A DNA stretch of 64,000 nucleotides from Oligoflexales bacterium (GCA_023301565.1 JALZUO010000034.1:3621-67620), one strand, 5' to 3'; positions 18,842-29,157 are shown, counted from the stretch's first letter. Translations and numbers: made by a program. Notes: generated by a model not told the origin, from the letters alone.

Positions 18842-19801
18842 TCAACCTTCGCACTCGCCGATAAGCGATACATAGCTTTTATAGCGCCATTCGGGCAGCT
18901 GGCCTTCACTGACCGCCTGCTTGATTCCGCATTTATGTTCAGAAATATGCAAGCAGTTTCTGAATTTACAACCTTGCGCAAAGCCTTCGAATTCCCTAAA
19001 ACCCCAGCGTAACTCTTCTCTCTCGTAGCCTTTCAGGGTTAGAACTTGGATTCCTGGAGAGTCTACCATCCAGCCGCCAGAATTTATTTTATGCATAGAG
19101 GCATAGGAGGTTACGTGCCTTCCAAAATTGTTACTTCTTAGCTCGTCGGTTGCTTGGATAAGCTTAGGTCCCAACGCGTTTAAAAGAGAAGATTTTCCTA
19201 CCCCTGACCTACCCACTAAGACATGCACACCTGAAGTTGTTAGCTCGGTTAGCTTTTCAAAGTCACCTGACTTTGTCGTGGCAGAAAGCCTTAGACACAT
19301 GATGCCAACACTTTCTAAATAGCTAAGGCTGTCGTCCCCTTTTGCTTCAATATCAACTTTGTTTCCAACCACAACGCAGTTGACGCCTTGAAGCTCAGCT
19401 AAGCACAAGTAGCGACACAAAAAACCACGGTTCAAGTTTGAAAGATCTTCAAGAATTAAAAGATTTTCAAAATTAACCGCAAAATCTTTGGGAGATCTTT
19501 TTGTTGGTTTAACAAGTGCATTTTTTCGGCTATCTACAGACAAAATTTTAGCTGTTGGCAGATCAAGTCCGGTTGAGTCTGTTCCGGATGAAGGCGTGAA
19601 CTCTACGTAGTCGCCAACAGAGATGTTGTGAAAAGGCTTTGGTTTTTGAAAGTTACTTTTGGTAGGTGCGAGCCAAATCTCGGACTCCAGTATATCGATG
19701 ATCTCTTCGCTGTGGTTTGGGCCAAGCTCGCAAATGAACACAAAGCCCTTTTGGCATTCAACGACGATCCCTCTGTTTTTTTGTTGGTTTTGGATTTTCA
19801 T
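18842..19801 (-). CDS. rsgA: Ribosome small-subunit-dependent GTPase A
   Basis: Circularly permuted GTPase (NKVD before GRSGVGKSSLLNAL) and a C-terminal zinc knuckle CKFRNCLHISEHKC. Confidence 0.9.
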   Translation of the reverse strand: MKIQNQQKNRGIVVECQKGFVFICELGPNHSEEIIDILESEIWLAPTKSNFQKPKPFHNISVGDYVEFTPSSGTDSTGLDLPTAKILSVDSRKNALVKPTKRSPKDFAVNFENLLILEDLSNLNRGFLCRYLCLAELQGVNCVVVGNKVDIEAKGDDSLSYLESVGIMCLRLSATTKSGDFEKLTELTTSGVHVLVGRSGVGKSSLLNALGPKLIQATDELRSNNFGRHVTSYASMHKINSGGWMVDSPGIQVLTLKGYEREELRWGFREFEGFAQGCKFRNCLHISEHKCGIKQAVSEGQLPEWRYKSYVSLIGECEG

Positions 19802-22137
19802 ACAAACATACCTGCTGCGGATATGGCCTGTTTTCCCCTAGGGGTAAGCCTTTCGCTGTCGTCTAGAAATCCTGCTTTTTGCCATTGGGTAAGTGTTTTT
19901 TTTGTATTAAAAAATTTGAGGTAAGTAGATTCTTCCTCTGAAACATATTCTTCTTCAGCTGCAGTTTTTATGTTGTTTATCTTTGCTTCAAATTCCAGGT
20001 GGTTAAATTTGCTAGTTAGAGATACCGAGCGCAATACTTCAGCGTAAAACCTTTGAGCGTTTAAAGTGAATTTGCTTAGGCTAAAGAGGGTTTGTTTATG
20101 GCTTTTGCTAGTCGCTATCTGAATTCTTTCGTCGTCATAATGCAGGGCGCCTACCTCATGCAGGCCAGTCAATAGGTTGCTAAGTATCTTTTTTGTATGC
20201 TCAGGATTACAGTTTAAATGAAAGTCAGAGCCAAAAAGCTGTACCCATGAGCAAACATAACGCTGTAAATCTACCAAGGTAGGCTGGCTCGCAGAAGTTA
20301 AATATTGTGCCGCAAGGCTTGGGATCAAAAGCAGGTGAATTGCCTCGTTTCGGTAAAATCGAAGGATAAGATGATAGTCTTCACTTCCACGGTAATATGA
20401 TTTTTGGTTGATAGAAAATTTTTTCAAAATCCCCATTGATCGTCCGTGACCGATAATTTCTTTCGCTGTCATGCTTTGATTTATCACTGCGGTATTTGCC
20501 CAGGTTTTCTCAACTACGAGCTTCGTGTCTTCTAAAGCACTGATAAGTTCGCATTCTTCTTTGTCACCCATGTCAGCTAGTAAAATAAAACTAAGAAGGC
20601 CTACAGCCGAGAGTACTGCAGACTCGGCTATTCTTTGCATTACTTTTGACCCAAGATCATTGGTAAAGTTAACAAAGTCGTTTGTTTTGCATGTATTCAG
20701 TAGGATAGGCTCGCCGAAATTAAAATAAGCGTTTCCGTAGTCTTTTTCAAAAATTTTCCATACCTTCAGGAATTCAAAGAAGTTTTCTTTTCTTTTTGAC
20801 TCTCCCGCCAGCTCTTTTAGATAGCTTCGAATCTCAGGCACCCTGTCGTAGCCGATATAAAGTGGAATAAAAGCAACTTTAGGGCTTTGGCCAAGTTCAG
20901 AGTTTTTAAGAACCATGCTGAGCATGCCAGTCTTAGGTTGCATCAAGCGCCCAGTTCGAGTGCGCCCCCCCTCTGGAAAAAAGGCAACATGAAACTTATG
21001 TTCAAGTAGGTAACGCAAGTATGCATTGAATGCGGTGGAGTATAATTTGTCGCCTTTGAACTTTCTTCGCAAAAAGAACGCGCCACCGCGGCGCAAAATC
21101 CCACCTATGGGAAAAAAATTAAGGTTTTCACCTGCTCCGATATAAGGGGGAGGCAGGTCATTTTTATGGGTCAAAAAAGCTAACATAAGGTAGTCTAAGT
21201 GGCTTTTATGGCAGGGTAGATAAATAATTTCATGTGTCTTTGATATTTCACGCACTCTTTCAGCGTTGTAAACTTCGTACTTATGAAAAAGCTTACGGAA
21301 TGCCCAATCAAGAATCATTTCACAGAATCGAACAGTGCTAAACTGCTGGTCCGCAGAAATTTGGTACAGATACTTTTTTGCTGTGCTTTTAACCTTGTGA
21401 AGATCTTTTCCGCTAGCTCTAGACTCTTCTTTGATAGCTGATTGAACTGCCGGTGTGCGAATTACCGAGCGGACAACTCTTTCGCGTGAGGCGGTTTCAG
21501 GCCCTATGACCTGGGTACGGACTTTTTGAAAATGAACCCGGAAGATTCTTCGCATTTTTTTGGCAAGCTCTTGTGGGTCGTTAGTTTGTCGCAGCTGCTC
21601 TCTTAGTGAAACTTTTTTTCCAATCTCTACATACGTGCTTCTGCCGTTGACGATGCTGATCAATAGTTTCTGAAAGATTCCAGCTCTTTGATCGTCTGCA
21701 AACAAAAGCCTAAACCAAGAAACCTCTTTGCTATCTGGGCCAAGACCCCAAATAGTTGTAACAGGCACCATCCATATGTCTTCAAGCTCAGGGTTGGACT
21801 TTAGGTCTTCAGCCATCCCTTGAATCGACGAGGGTGGGTTGATGGTACGGCTTTGGCTAAAAAAGCCTAAGCGGATCAGGTATCCGATAGAAACCTGCCT
21901 TGGCTGCTTTAGGCCGTTGGGCCAAGCATTTACCACTGGAAGTCTAAACTTTCGTGTGACCCAATCTAGAATGAGTGCATCTAAAAGAGAGCGTGAGCGG
22001 ATGATGTAGCAAACAGAGCATTTTTTTTTCCCTGCAGCAGCGATCTCTTCACGATCGACAAAACGCACCTTGGGGTACACCCAAAGTTTAACGATGAACC
22101 GAAGCGCTCTAAAGATGAAAAAAATACGGTGAAACAT
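19798..22137 (-). CDS. plsB: Glycerol-3-phosphate 1-O-acyltransferase
   Basis: 779 aa. HX4D block PCHKSHLDYLML and FFPEGGRTRTGR block, matching the PlsB pattern. The rsgA start overlaps its 3' end by 4 nt. Confidence 0.9.
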   Translation of the reverse strand: MFHRIFFIFRALRFIVKLWVYPKVRFVDREEIAAAGKKKCSVCYIIRSRSLLDALILDWVTRKFRLPVVNAWPNGLKQPRQVSIGYLIRLGFFSQSRTINPPSSIQGMAEDLKSNPELEDIWMVPVTTIWGLGPDSKEVSWFRLLFADDQRAGIFQKLLISIVNGRSTYVEIGKKVSLREQLRQTNDPQELAKKMRRIFRVHFQKVRTQVIGPETASRERVVRSVIRTPAVQSAIKEESRASGKDLHKVKSTAKKYLYQISADQQFSTVRFCEMILDWAFRKLFHKYEVYNAERVREISKTHEIIYLPCHKSHLDYLMLAFLTHKNDLPPPYIGAGENLNFFPIGGILRRGGAFFLRRKFKGDKLYSTAFNAYLRYLLEHKFHVAFFPEGGRTRTGRLMQPKTGMLSMVLKNSELGQSPKVAFIPLYIGYDRVPEIRSYLKELAGESKRKENFFEFLKVWKIFEKDYGNAYFNFGEPILLNTCKTNDFVNFTNDLGSKVMQRIAESAVLSAVGLLSFILLADMGDKEECELISALEDTKLVVEKTWANTAVINQSMTAKEIIGHGRSMGILKKFSINQKSYYRGSEDYHLILRFYRNEAIHLLLIPSLAAQYLTSASQPTLVDLQRYVCSWVQLFGSDFHLNCNPEHTKKILSNLLTGLHEVGALHYDDERIQIATSKSHKQTLFSLSKFTLNAQRFYAEVLRSVSLTSKFNHLEFEAKINNIKTAAEEEYVSEEESTYLKFFNTKKTLTQWQKAGFLDDSERLTPRGKQAISAAGMFV

Positions 22138-22171
22138 GCGGCTCTTTTCTTAGCATGCTTGCAGAGCTTAA

Positions 22172-23008
22172 CTATATTTCAATATTATCGATCAATCGCG
22201 CTTTGCCTAAAAAAGCAGCAACAAGCGCTACCATTGCTCCAGGCTGTGTTTTTTTGGGCTCTTTGAGGTTCGTGCGAAGCCTTAACTCGGCGTATTGCGG
22301 TTTTATGTTAGGCGACTTGCTGAGATCTTCAAATAGCCTTCTTGATGCGGAATGGGCGTCTTGCCCTTCCTTCATGCGGTCTTTTAGAGCAAGCAAGCAT
22401 GTGCGAATATGGCCTGCCTCTTTCAGCTGGTCGGCATTGAGGTATTGGTTTCTGCTGCTCAAAGCCAGACCGTTGGCATTTCGCTGAGTTTCTACTCCGA
22501 CTACCTTCACGGCTAAAAACAGATCTTTGACCATCTGCTTTACGATAGTGAGCTGTTGGTAGTCTTTTTTGCCAAGGTACAAAGTGGTTGGCTCTACGAG
22601 CTGCAGCAAAAGAAAGACAACGGTTACGACCCCGTCAAAGTGTGGGGGACGGTACTCACCGCATAGCTCTTTTCCTAAGTTTCCCGAGGATAAGTGAGTA
22701 GCAAAATTTGGAGCGTAGACGGTAGCTGCGCTAGGAGCAAAGACGACATCAGCTGCCCCTCTTACAGCTCTAAGGTCCGCCTCTAGTGTGCGCGGATAGG
22801 CTTCAAGGTCTTCTCCTTGGGCAAACTGTTTTGGGTTCACGAATATACTTACGACCGTGTGATCGTTTTGCTTTTTTGCTTCAGAGGCAAGAAAAACATG
22901 TCCGGCATGTAAACTCCCCATTGTTGGAACAAAGCCAACAGACCCCGTTATGGATTTTTTCCACTCGTCCACTTCATTCTTTGTTTTCAATAGCAGCGGA
23001 AGTTTCAT
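22172..23008 (-). CDS. panC: Pantoate--beta-alanine ligase
   Basis: Motifs PTMGSLHAGH, VSIFVNPKQF, ALSSRN. Confidence 0.9.
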   Translation of the reverse strand: MKLPLLLKTKNEVDEWKKSITGSVGFVPTMGSLHAGHVFLASEAKKQNDHTVVSIFVNPKQFAQGEDLEAYPRTLEADLRAVRGAADVVFAPSAATVYAPNFATHLSSGNLGKELCGEYRPPHFDGVVTVVFLLLQLVEPTTLYLGKKDYQQLTIVKQMVKDLFLAVKVVGVETQRNANGLALSSRNQYLNADQLKEAGHIRTCLLALKDRMKEGQDAHSASRRLFEDLSKSPNIKPQYAELRLRTNLKEPKKTQPGAMVALVAAFLGKARLIDNIEI

Positions 23009-23010
23009 GA

Positions 23011-23883
23011 CTACTCTTCGGTGCTTGAATTGAAAACAAAGCGCTTATCGTCAAGGCCTTTTTCAAGCTCTACGACTTCAACTCCATTTTGTAACCAAGT
23101 CAAACGTTTGTAGTCTGTACAAAAAACTTCAATAACTTTTTTGAACCCAACAGATAGCTCTGATGTGACTAGCGCCAGTTCGAATTCGCCTTCTTTGTCT
23201 ATGCGGTAGACAATCTCGACAGGCCCGTCTTTTAAGCGAACGGTTAATTTGTTTTTTCCATCTATAGCAGCTGCTGTAGCAACTTTTTTTTCTTCTTTTT
23301 CAGGTATTTCAAATTCTATTTTTTCTTTTTCTGTATCCTCAGCTGGGGCAGGTTCTGTATCTGAAGTTGGCCCATTTGGCATCTTTACTTCAGCTGATTG
23401 CGGTTGCTCTAAAGAGTCTATTTCTTCACCGGATATATCAAGCAAATAAGAGCTTAAAAACAGTAAGGTTATAATTGCAAAGGCTGCAAGCAAAGTGATT
23501 GGAATAAAAGACTTGCGATTATTCTTTCCAATAGAAGGTAGCAGGATTTCACTATCCATCCCTTTGGTTCTATTGCTGATCAACGGCGCATTGGTTGTAG
23601 AAAGATCAAAGTTATCCCTAACCTCTTTCTGCGATACTCCCAACACTTTTGCGATCGAAGATACGTAACCTTTTAAGAAAATATTTGAAGGCAGCTTCTC
23701 TGTTTCTGCAGTCTCTATGTAACGAATGTAGTCCGCATTTATTTTTGTAATCTTAGAAATTTCTTCAATTGTTTTTCCACTGCGCTCACGTGCTCTTTTT
23801 AACAACTTGCTTATTTTAAAGTCACCTTCAGATTTGCCATCGAGGCCTTGCTCTGCTTGGGGTGCTTGCGTTTCCTTTGTCAT
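23011..23883 (-). CDS. rodZ: RodZ-like cytoskeleton protein (HTH, one TM, acidic linker)
   Basis: XRE-type HTH (LLKRARERSGKTIEEISKITKINADYIRYIE), conserved FLKGYVSSIAKVLG, and a single TM (IPITLLAAFAIITLLFL). AAGGAG RBS lies 7 nt before ATG 23883; the ORF extends to 23940. Confidence 0.7.
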   Translation of the reverse strand: MTKETQAPQAEQGLDGKSEGDFKISKLLKRARERSGKTIEEISKITKINADYIRYIETAETEKLPSNIFLKGYVSSIAKVLGVSQKEVRDNFDLSTTNAPLISNRTKGMDSEILLPSIGKNNRKSFIPITLLAAFAIITLLFLSSYLLDISGEEIDSLEQPQSAEVKMPNGPTSDTEPAPAEDTEKEKIEFEIPEKEEKKVATAAAIDGKNKLTVRLKDGPVEIVYRIDKEGEFELALVTSELSVGFKKVIEVFCTDYKRLTWLQNGVEVVELEKGLDDKRFVFNSSTEE

Positions 23884-23999
23884 CCATAAACTCCTTGCCG
23901 ACAGTGATATAATCCTAAAGTAGGTGGGCACCCTAATCAAAAAACATTATGCCCTTTAGAGCTAACCACTCTCCACCAAGGCTAAGGAGGATTCGCACT

Positions 24000-24761
24000 A
24001 TGCGGTATATGTATTTTATTTTTACTGTCCTGATTGTTTTATCCTCATGCAAAACCGGCAAAGTCCGAAAAGGGTCCAAAAAGGATCTGCTTGCAGAGAA
24101 GGGAATCATCGCTAGCTACCTCAATGCTGGAAGATTCCAGAACGTACAAAAGCGGCTTCAAGACAGCATGTTGAAGCACCCTCGAGACGCAGACTTTCCA
24201 CTTCTGATGGGGTTGGCTCAAATGGCTTTGACCAACTCTGGCGTTGCCGAGACCTACTTCCGTAAATCTTTAGATCTTAAAAAAAGCTTTGCCGCTGAGC
24301 TAAACTTAAGCTCAGCACTGATCGAGCAAAAAAAGTATAAAGAGGCAAAGTCAATCTTGGACAAGCTTGTTGCAAACGAAGATTATCGCCACAAAGAAAG
24401 AGCTTTTCACAACCTGGGCTATCTTTTTCAGCGTGTTCATAGGCATAAAGCAGCTGTTACCTATTTTGCAAAAGGTCTTAAGAAGAATCCGACTTATCAC
24501 GTAAGTTGGCAAGCAAAAGCAAAAAGCCATCTCAGGTTAAAAGAAGACAAGATGGCTTACAAAGCTTTAAAAAATGCTCGCCAAAACTGCAATGCTTGTT
24601 ATGCACCGGTATCTGCTATGGTTGATTTCTTTATCGCCAAAAGAAACAAAGATCTTGCTTCAAAGGTTTTGAGTGACTATTTGAGTACAGCCGGAATCAA
24701 TCCGACCCAGGCTGAAGTAGCAAAAAAACGACTGGCGAAGATACAAAGAAACTATTTATGA
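24000..24761 (+). CDS. TPR-repeat lipoprotein
   Basis: AAGGAGG lies 9 nt before ATG 24000. Signal plus lipobox (VLIVLSSC), then several TPR-like repeats (e.g. AETYFRKSLDL, AVTYFAKGLKKNP). Confidence 0.7.
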   Translation: MRYMYFIFTVLIVLSSCKTGKVRKGSKKDLLAEKGIIASYLNAGRFQNVQKRLQDSMLKHPRDADFPLLMGLAQMALTNSGVAETYFRKSLDLKKSFAAELNLSSALIEQKKYKEAKSILDKLVANEDYRHKERAFHNLGYLFQRVHRHKAAVTYFAKGLKKNPTYHVSWQAKAKSHLRLKEDKMAYKALKNARQNCNACYAPVSAMVDFFIAKRNKDLASKVLSDYLSTAGINPTQAEVAKKRLAKIQRNYL

Positions 24762-25930
24762 TAAAAAAAGTTTTTCTTTTTATCTTTGTCCTTTCTTCTG
24801 TGGGCTTTGCTGCCTCTGTGGACAAAGAGACTTTAAAGGGTGAGTCGTTTAAGTCGTTTCAAACTTTAGCCAAAGGCCTGTTTCTTTTGGAGTCCTTGTA
24901 TGTTGAACAGTCAAAGTCAAAACTTTTTTCTTTGGTAGAAAATGCTTTGCGTGGTGCTGCACGCGGACTAGACCCTCACTCTAACTATTTAGGCCCAGAT
25001 GCTTTAAAGCAATTTCGGGTCAACACTAAAGGGAAGTTTGGTGGTATCGGTGTGATCGTCACGCAAAAAAACCAACGCTTGGTGATCGTTAGGGTTGTCG
25101 ATGGGTCTCCAGCGATGCGTGCTGGCATAAAAAAGGGCGATCAAATTATTGCAATCAATAAAACAAAGGTAGAAAACCTTGGGGATCCAATGAAGGCAAT
25201 GCAAGGTGCTGTTGGTTCAAAAATAGGCCTTTCAGTCTTAAGGTCTTCAGCCCAGCGTCCACTGGAATTCTCCGTACGCAGGGAGATTGTAAAGCTAAAA
25301 TCTGTTGTTGCGAGTGAGCTTTCCGAAGGCCTTATTCGCCTAAAGGTAAACAGCTTTCAAGAAGACACGTCAATAGCCATTTCACAAGCGATCTCAAGGC
25401 TTGGGTCCAAAGCTCGCGGGGTTCTTGTCGACTTGCGCGGTAACCCGGGCGGCCTTTTAAGTAAATCTATTGAGATCATGGATATGTTTTTAGCGTCGGG
25501 TGTGATTTTGTTTACAGTGGGGCGAGGAAAAGGAAATGTTCAGGTAGAATACGCATCTTCTACAGCTCCATTTTCTCGAATCCCAGTAGTTGTCTTGGTA
25601 GACGGAGCGTCCGCATCTGCTTCAGAGATTGTTGCTGGCGTTTTTCAAGACTACAAAAGAGGGCTCGTGATGGGGGAAAAAACCTTTGGCAAAGGCTCCG
25701 TTCAGACGCTGGTGGGCCTTCCCAATGGCGGAGGGCTAAAAGTTACAGTTGCTAAGTATCGCCTACCATTAGATAGAACGGTTCAAGGCGTTGGCCTTAT
25801 GCCAGATGTTGATTTAACGAAGATTCCTAAAAAGAACTGGCTGAATACAGCGCACAAAGCCTTGGTGTCAATGTCACAGCTAAGACCACAGGCAAAGACT
25901 TATAAGGTGCCGCCACAGTTTTATAATTAA
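24758..25930 (+). CDS. ctp: C-terminal processing peptidase (S41 family) with PDZ domain
   Basis: PDZ segment (GSPAMRAGIKKGDQIIAIN) and S41 motifs DLRGNPGG, GASASASEI, TFGKGSVQ. Overlaps the upstream gene by 4 nt. Confidence 0.9.
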   Translation: MIKKVFLFIFVLSSVGFAASVDKETLKGESFKSFQTLAKGLFLLESLYVEQSKSKLFSLVENALRGAARGLDPHSNYLGPDALKQFRVNTKGKFGGIGVIVTQKNQRLVIVRVVDGSPAMRAGIKKGDQIIAINKTKVENLGDPMKAMQGAVGSKIGLSVLRSSAQRPLEFSVRREIVKLKSVVASELSEGLIRLKVNSFQEDTSIAISQAISRLGSKARGVLVDLRGNPGGLLSKSIEIMDMFLASGVILFTVGRGKGNVQVEYASSTAPFSRIPVVVLVDGASASASEIVAGVFQDYKRGLVMGEKTFGKGSVQTLVGLPNGGGLKVTVAKYRLPLDRTVQGVGLMPDVDLTKIPKKNWLNTAHKALVSMSQLRPQAKTYKVPPQFYN

Positions 25931-25935
25931 TTTTT

Positions 25936-26232
25936 TTAATGAGAGTAGGGGTTGAATACGATTGTATAGTGTCCTGCAAAAAAACCAGTAAAAGTCGTTC
26001 TGTTTCTGGATTCACAGAATTTTAAATAATTATCGAAGCGCCTTTTCTCTTGATAGCACTTAATCAACATTTTACACGTATCGCAAACCATCATCTTATT
26101 GTGGGTAACATGTTCTTCTATGGTTATCTTACAGCACTGTTTAACAAGGCACTTCTTTTGTCCATCTAGCTCACTGCTATCTGGTGACTTGCTAGTAGTA
26201 TCTTGAATGATATTTTTATCTTCATGTGGCAT
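25936..26232 (-). CDS. Small cysteine-rich hypothetical protein
   Basis: 98 aa with 7 Cys in a 47-aa span (CLVKQCC...CDTC...C...C). Lies 9 nt downstream of lipB on the same strand. Coding status is not certain. Confidence 0.4.
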   Translation of the reverse strand: MPHEDKNIIQDTTSKSPDSSELDGQKKCLVKQCCKITIEEHVTHNKMMVCDTCKMLIKCYQEKRRFDNYLKFCESRNRTTFTGFFAGHYTIVFNPYSH

Positions 26233-26241
26233 GACAAAATA

Positions 26242-26925
26242 CTACTTTAAAATATTTGCTATGTCGATTGTTTCCGGCACGTGATTAAAAGATTTTGCAA
26301 TAAGTTCCGTGGCTACATCTGCTACCTCGGACAGTGATGGGCCGTCAGCGCCTAATATTCTTTCCATGCTTGTGACGTGGTCACTAGAATACCCACAAGG
26401 GTTGAACCCTTGAAAAATTTCTAAGTTGTTTCGGATATTTATCGCAAATCCATGGGAAGACACACCCTCACTTACTCTGAACCCAAGAGCTGCGACCTTT
26501 TTATCGTCAACCCAAACTCCCGGCTTATCTCTGAAAACTTCAGAATCAATTTTAAACCGTTTAAGGGTGTCTTGAAGCGCCAACTCAATTTTAGTGACAA
26601 AGTCACGGGTTCCCAGAGCGTGCTTTTTAATATCGAAGATAGGGTAGCCTACCAATTGCCCAGGGTTGTGGGCAGTAAGCTTGCCGCCTCTCTCTGTTGA
26701 AACAATCTCGATCGAACGTTTTTCTAATTCATTCTGGCTCCATATAAGGTCCTGATCAGTTGCATTTTTTCCTAAGGTGATGGTGGGCAGGTGTTCTAGG
26801 ACAAGAAGAATGTCATAGTTTTCCTTTTTGACTATCTCAATGCAGTCGCGTTGAATCTTCAGGCCTTTTTTGTAAGAAATAGTCCCTAAAGGTGCTACAC
26901 ACAGTTTTCTTTTTGCTTCTATCAT
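26242..26925 (-). CDS. lipB: Lipoyl(octanoyl) transferase
   Basis: Motifs RGGKLTAHNPGQLVGYP, KKVAALGFRV (Lys), NPCGY (Cys). Confidence 0.9.
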   Translation of the reverse strand: MIEAKRKLCVAPLGTISYKKGLKIQRDCIEIVKKENYDILLVLEHLPTITLGKNATDQDLIWSQNELEKRSIEIVSTERGGKLTAHNPGQLVGYPIFDIKKHALGTRDFVTKIELALQDTLKRFKIDSEVFRDKPGVWVDDKKVAALGFRVSEGVSSHGFAINIRNNLEIFQGFNPCGYSSDHVTSMERILGADGPSLSEVADVATELIAKSFNHVPETIDIANILK

Positions 26926-28439
26926 TAATATATTTTAATCCGTTCATTGTTGTAATCTTGTTGGTTCAAGCTTTTTGCAAAAGGCTGTAAAGACTTTTTA
27001 TAAACTGTAACTTCTACGGTTTTACTTATGTTTTGCTTAGCTGTAAATTTTTTTGCGACTCTTTGTCTTTTTTTAGTCCGTCTGTTGAGTGTGTATTGCG
27101 CAATTTCATATGTGCCTGTAAACAAAGTCATCTTATTTTTTTTATCAAAAGAAAGATCAAAAGAGCTCCCGTTCATTGACTTTTCAACGGGTTCAATTCT
27201 TGCAAACTCCGTCTCCAAGTAGTCGTTTTGCTTTATGTTTAGTTTTACCGCAATATTTGCAAGTTTTTCTTCTGTAATTTCTTTGTTCGTCTCTACTTTT
27301 TTTCTTAATGCAAATGTGCCCAAATTCGCAACCTCTAAATTTGGTTCGTTGAAAAAATAAAGAAACGATTCTGAAGATCCTCGTGCGAATGGGTATCTGG
27401 TGTTTCGCTTGAATAGAGCAAACTTTTTATGATGTTTGCATTCCAGTTCCCAGGGCGGGCATTTTTGCAGCGCTGTAATTGCATTTACCACAAATTCATG
27501 TCTGCTTTTAGGCATGCCAACATAGTGTGGGTAAGACTTTTCATTTCCAGCAAAGGAAATATTGTGAGTTCCAGAGAATACCAGGTATTCTTCCCCAAAC
27601 TTTAGCTCTGCTGTATTGTTTAAAAAATAGAATTTATCGTATGTAGCATCTGTATTTCCTGCGGTAGGAGTCCCCCCTTTAAGAGAAAACAACTTGAGCT
27701 GTAGGAGCGGGCTTTTATCTTGAACATCAAGCGTCCGTCTAGTTCCGTGTAGTTCAAAGTTGTATGAGCCTTTTGGTAGAAGTAAAGTTTTTCCTATTTC
27801 AAAACTCTCTGTCACCTGAAGGCCAGTTAGGATTTTTGGAAAGTAGTAGCCAAAGGTTTTACCGCTAAACTTTTCTGGGGGCACAAGGGAAACTGGTTTA
27901 AGGCTGAGCTCTGTTAGCACTCCGTCAAAGGTGACTTTCTTAAGCCCAACGTAGCCATGCATTTTTTTTGGCGAGAACAAGGCAACTATTTTGTTTCCAA
28001 ATTTGCCTCGAGATGTTTTGCCAACCATATTTTTTGATTGATCGATTTCGCATTTTACAGACAGAGCTAACCTTGCCCGCGCATCTTGTACCGGCAACCT
28101 CATCAGCAGCGTTTTTAGGTTTAGGCTTGTCGTTTTATTTTTTTTTATCTCAAAAGATTCTGTATTACATGCTAACTCCAGGTGGTACCTTCCCGGGGGC
28201 AGCAAAAGGGGCTCAAGGAGGAATTTGCTTAGATGAACCCAGCGTGAGGCTTTTCCAGGTCCGCGTAATAGCGACCTGCTGTTTAAAAAGTGAACAGATT
28301 CTGGATTCTGACTAAGTAAGGCTATAGACCTCGGTACTTGTAGTACAAGAGTACCCTTTGAATTTCTTGGTGCACTACAGGCATTTAGAAATAAAACGGC
28401 AAATATAATCAGGCAAGTTGTAGACTGGGTTAACTTCAT
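26925..28439 (-). CDS. Hypothetical lipoprotein with repeated beta-sandwich-like modules
   Basis: Signal plus lipobox (VLFLNAC). Recurrent G-x-Y/H-x-hydrophobic-E motif (PPGRYHLEL, LPKGSYNFEL, FSGTHNISF, FTGTYEIAQY). Visibly AT-rich. The stop overlaps the lipB start (TAATG). Confidence 0.6.
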   Translation of the reverse strand: MKLTQSTTCLIIFAVLFLNACSAPRNSKGTLVLQVPRSIALLSQNPESVHFLNSRSLLRGPGKASRWVHLSKFLLEPLLLPPGRYHLELACNTESFEIKKNKTTSLNLKTLLMRLPVQDARARLALSVKCEIDQSKNMVGKTSRGKFGNKIVALFSPKKMHGYVGLKKVTFDGVLTELSLKPVSLVPPEKFSGKTFGYYFPKILTGLQVTESFEIGKTLLLPKGSYNFELHGTRRTLDVQDKSPLLQLKLFSLKGGTPTAGNTDATYDKFYFLNNTAELKFGEEYLVFSGTHNISFAGNEKSYPHYVGMPKSRHEFVVNAITALQKCPPWELECKHHKKFALFKRNTRYPFARGSSESFLYFFNEPNLEVANLGTFALRKKVETNKEITEEKLANIAVKLNIKQNDYLETEFARIEPVEKSMNGSSFDLSFDKKNKMTLFTGTYEIAQYTLNRRTKKRQRVAKKFTAKQNISKTVEVTVYKKSLQPFAKSLNQQDYNNERIKIY

Positions 28440-28542
28440 GATCGTATGTTAAAATGACAGTAGTTTCTTGACTATGGAAAAACGCATGGTAGGACGTTAT
28501 CTGCGTACTTTTTAAAGTGTATTTATTTATTGAGAGAATCAC

Positions 28543-29139
28543 ATGCCGAAAAATGCAATTGCCAACGAGCGAAAAAATCAAATCGTCAAAGCGACAGTCG
28601 ATTGTATCACTAGTTTTGGCTACCATAACTTTTCAATGCAAGACGTCGCTAAAAAAGCAGGAGTTAGTAAAGGAATCATCCATTACTACTTTTTGAATAA
28701 AGATGATTTGATGATGTCAGTGCTTGATCGAGTTGCAGGCGACATCGAGACGATGTTGAAAGAAAAGATGGACCAAGCAAAGCTTGTTCATGAAAAAATG
28801 GAAATATTCATCGAAGTAACCATGAATGTAGTCAGAGATAGCAAAGAGTACTATCAGGTGAACATGGACTTTTGGACTCAGATAAATCAAAAAGAAGAGG
28901 TTCGCTCTGTTATTGCAAGTCACTACGGAAAGTTTCGAGAGACATGCGGTATCATTCTAGCAGAAGGCGTCGCCAATGGAGAGTTTGTAGATGTTCCAAT
29001 TAAAGAAACATCTGCTGCAATTGTCGGAATGCTTGATGGTCTGAGCCTTCAATGGCTGTTTGATGAAAATGAATTTCAGATTGACAGGATATTGAATCAT
29101 AGCAAGAAAATGATCTTCTCGTTTTTGGAGAGCAAGTAA
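28543..29139 (+). CDS. TetR/AcrR family transcriptional regulator
   Basis: N-terminal HTH FSMQDVAKKAGVSKGIIHYYFLNKDDL; about 200 aa. Confidence 0.9.
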   Translation: MPKNAIANERKNQIVKATVDCITSFGYHNFSMQDVAKKAGVSKGIIHYYFLNKDDLMMSVLDRVAGDIETMLKEKMDQAKLVHEKMEIFIEVTMNVVRDSKEYYQVNMDFWTQINQKEEVRSVIASHYGKFRETCGIILAEGVANGEFVDVPIKETSAAIVGMLDGLSLQWLFDENEFQIDRILNHSKKMIFSFLESK

Positions 29140-29157
29140 CAGAGCGAGGCAGGATTT

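Noticed and set aside
18857-18864. Exact GCCGATAA (sigma-28 -10 consensus) on the + strand.
   Set aside because: There is no TAAA at the required -35 distance. The site lies in the 3' end of rsgA and points antisense into it.
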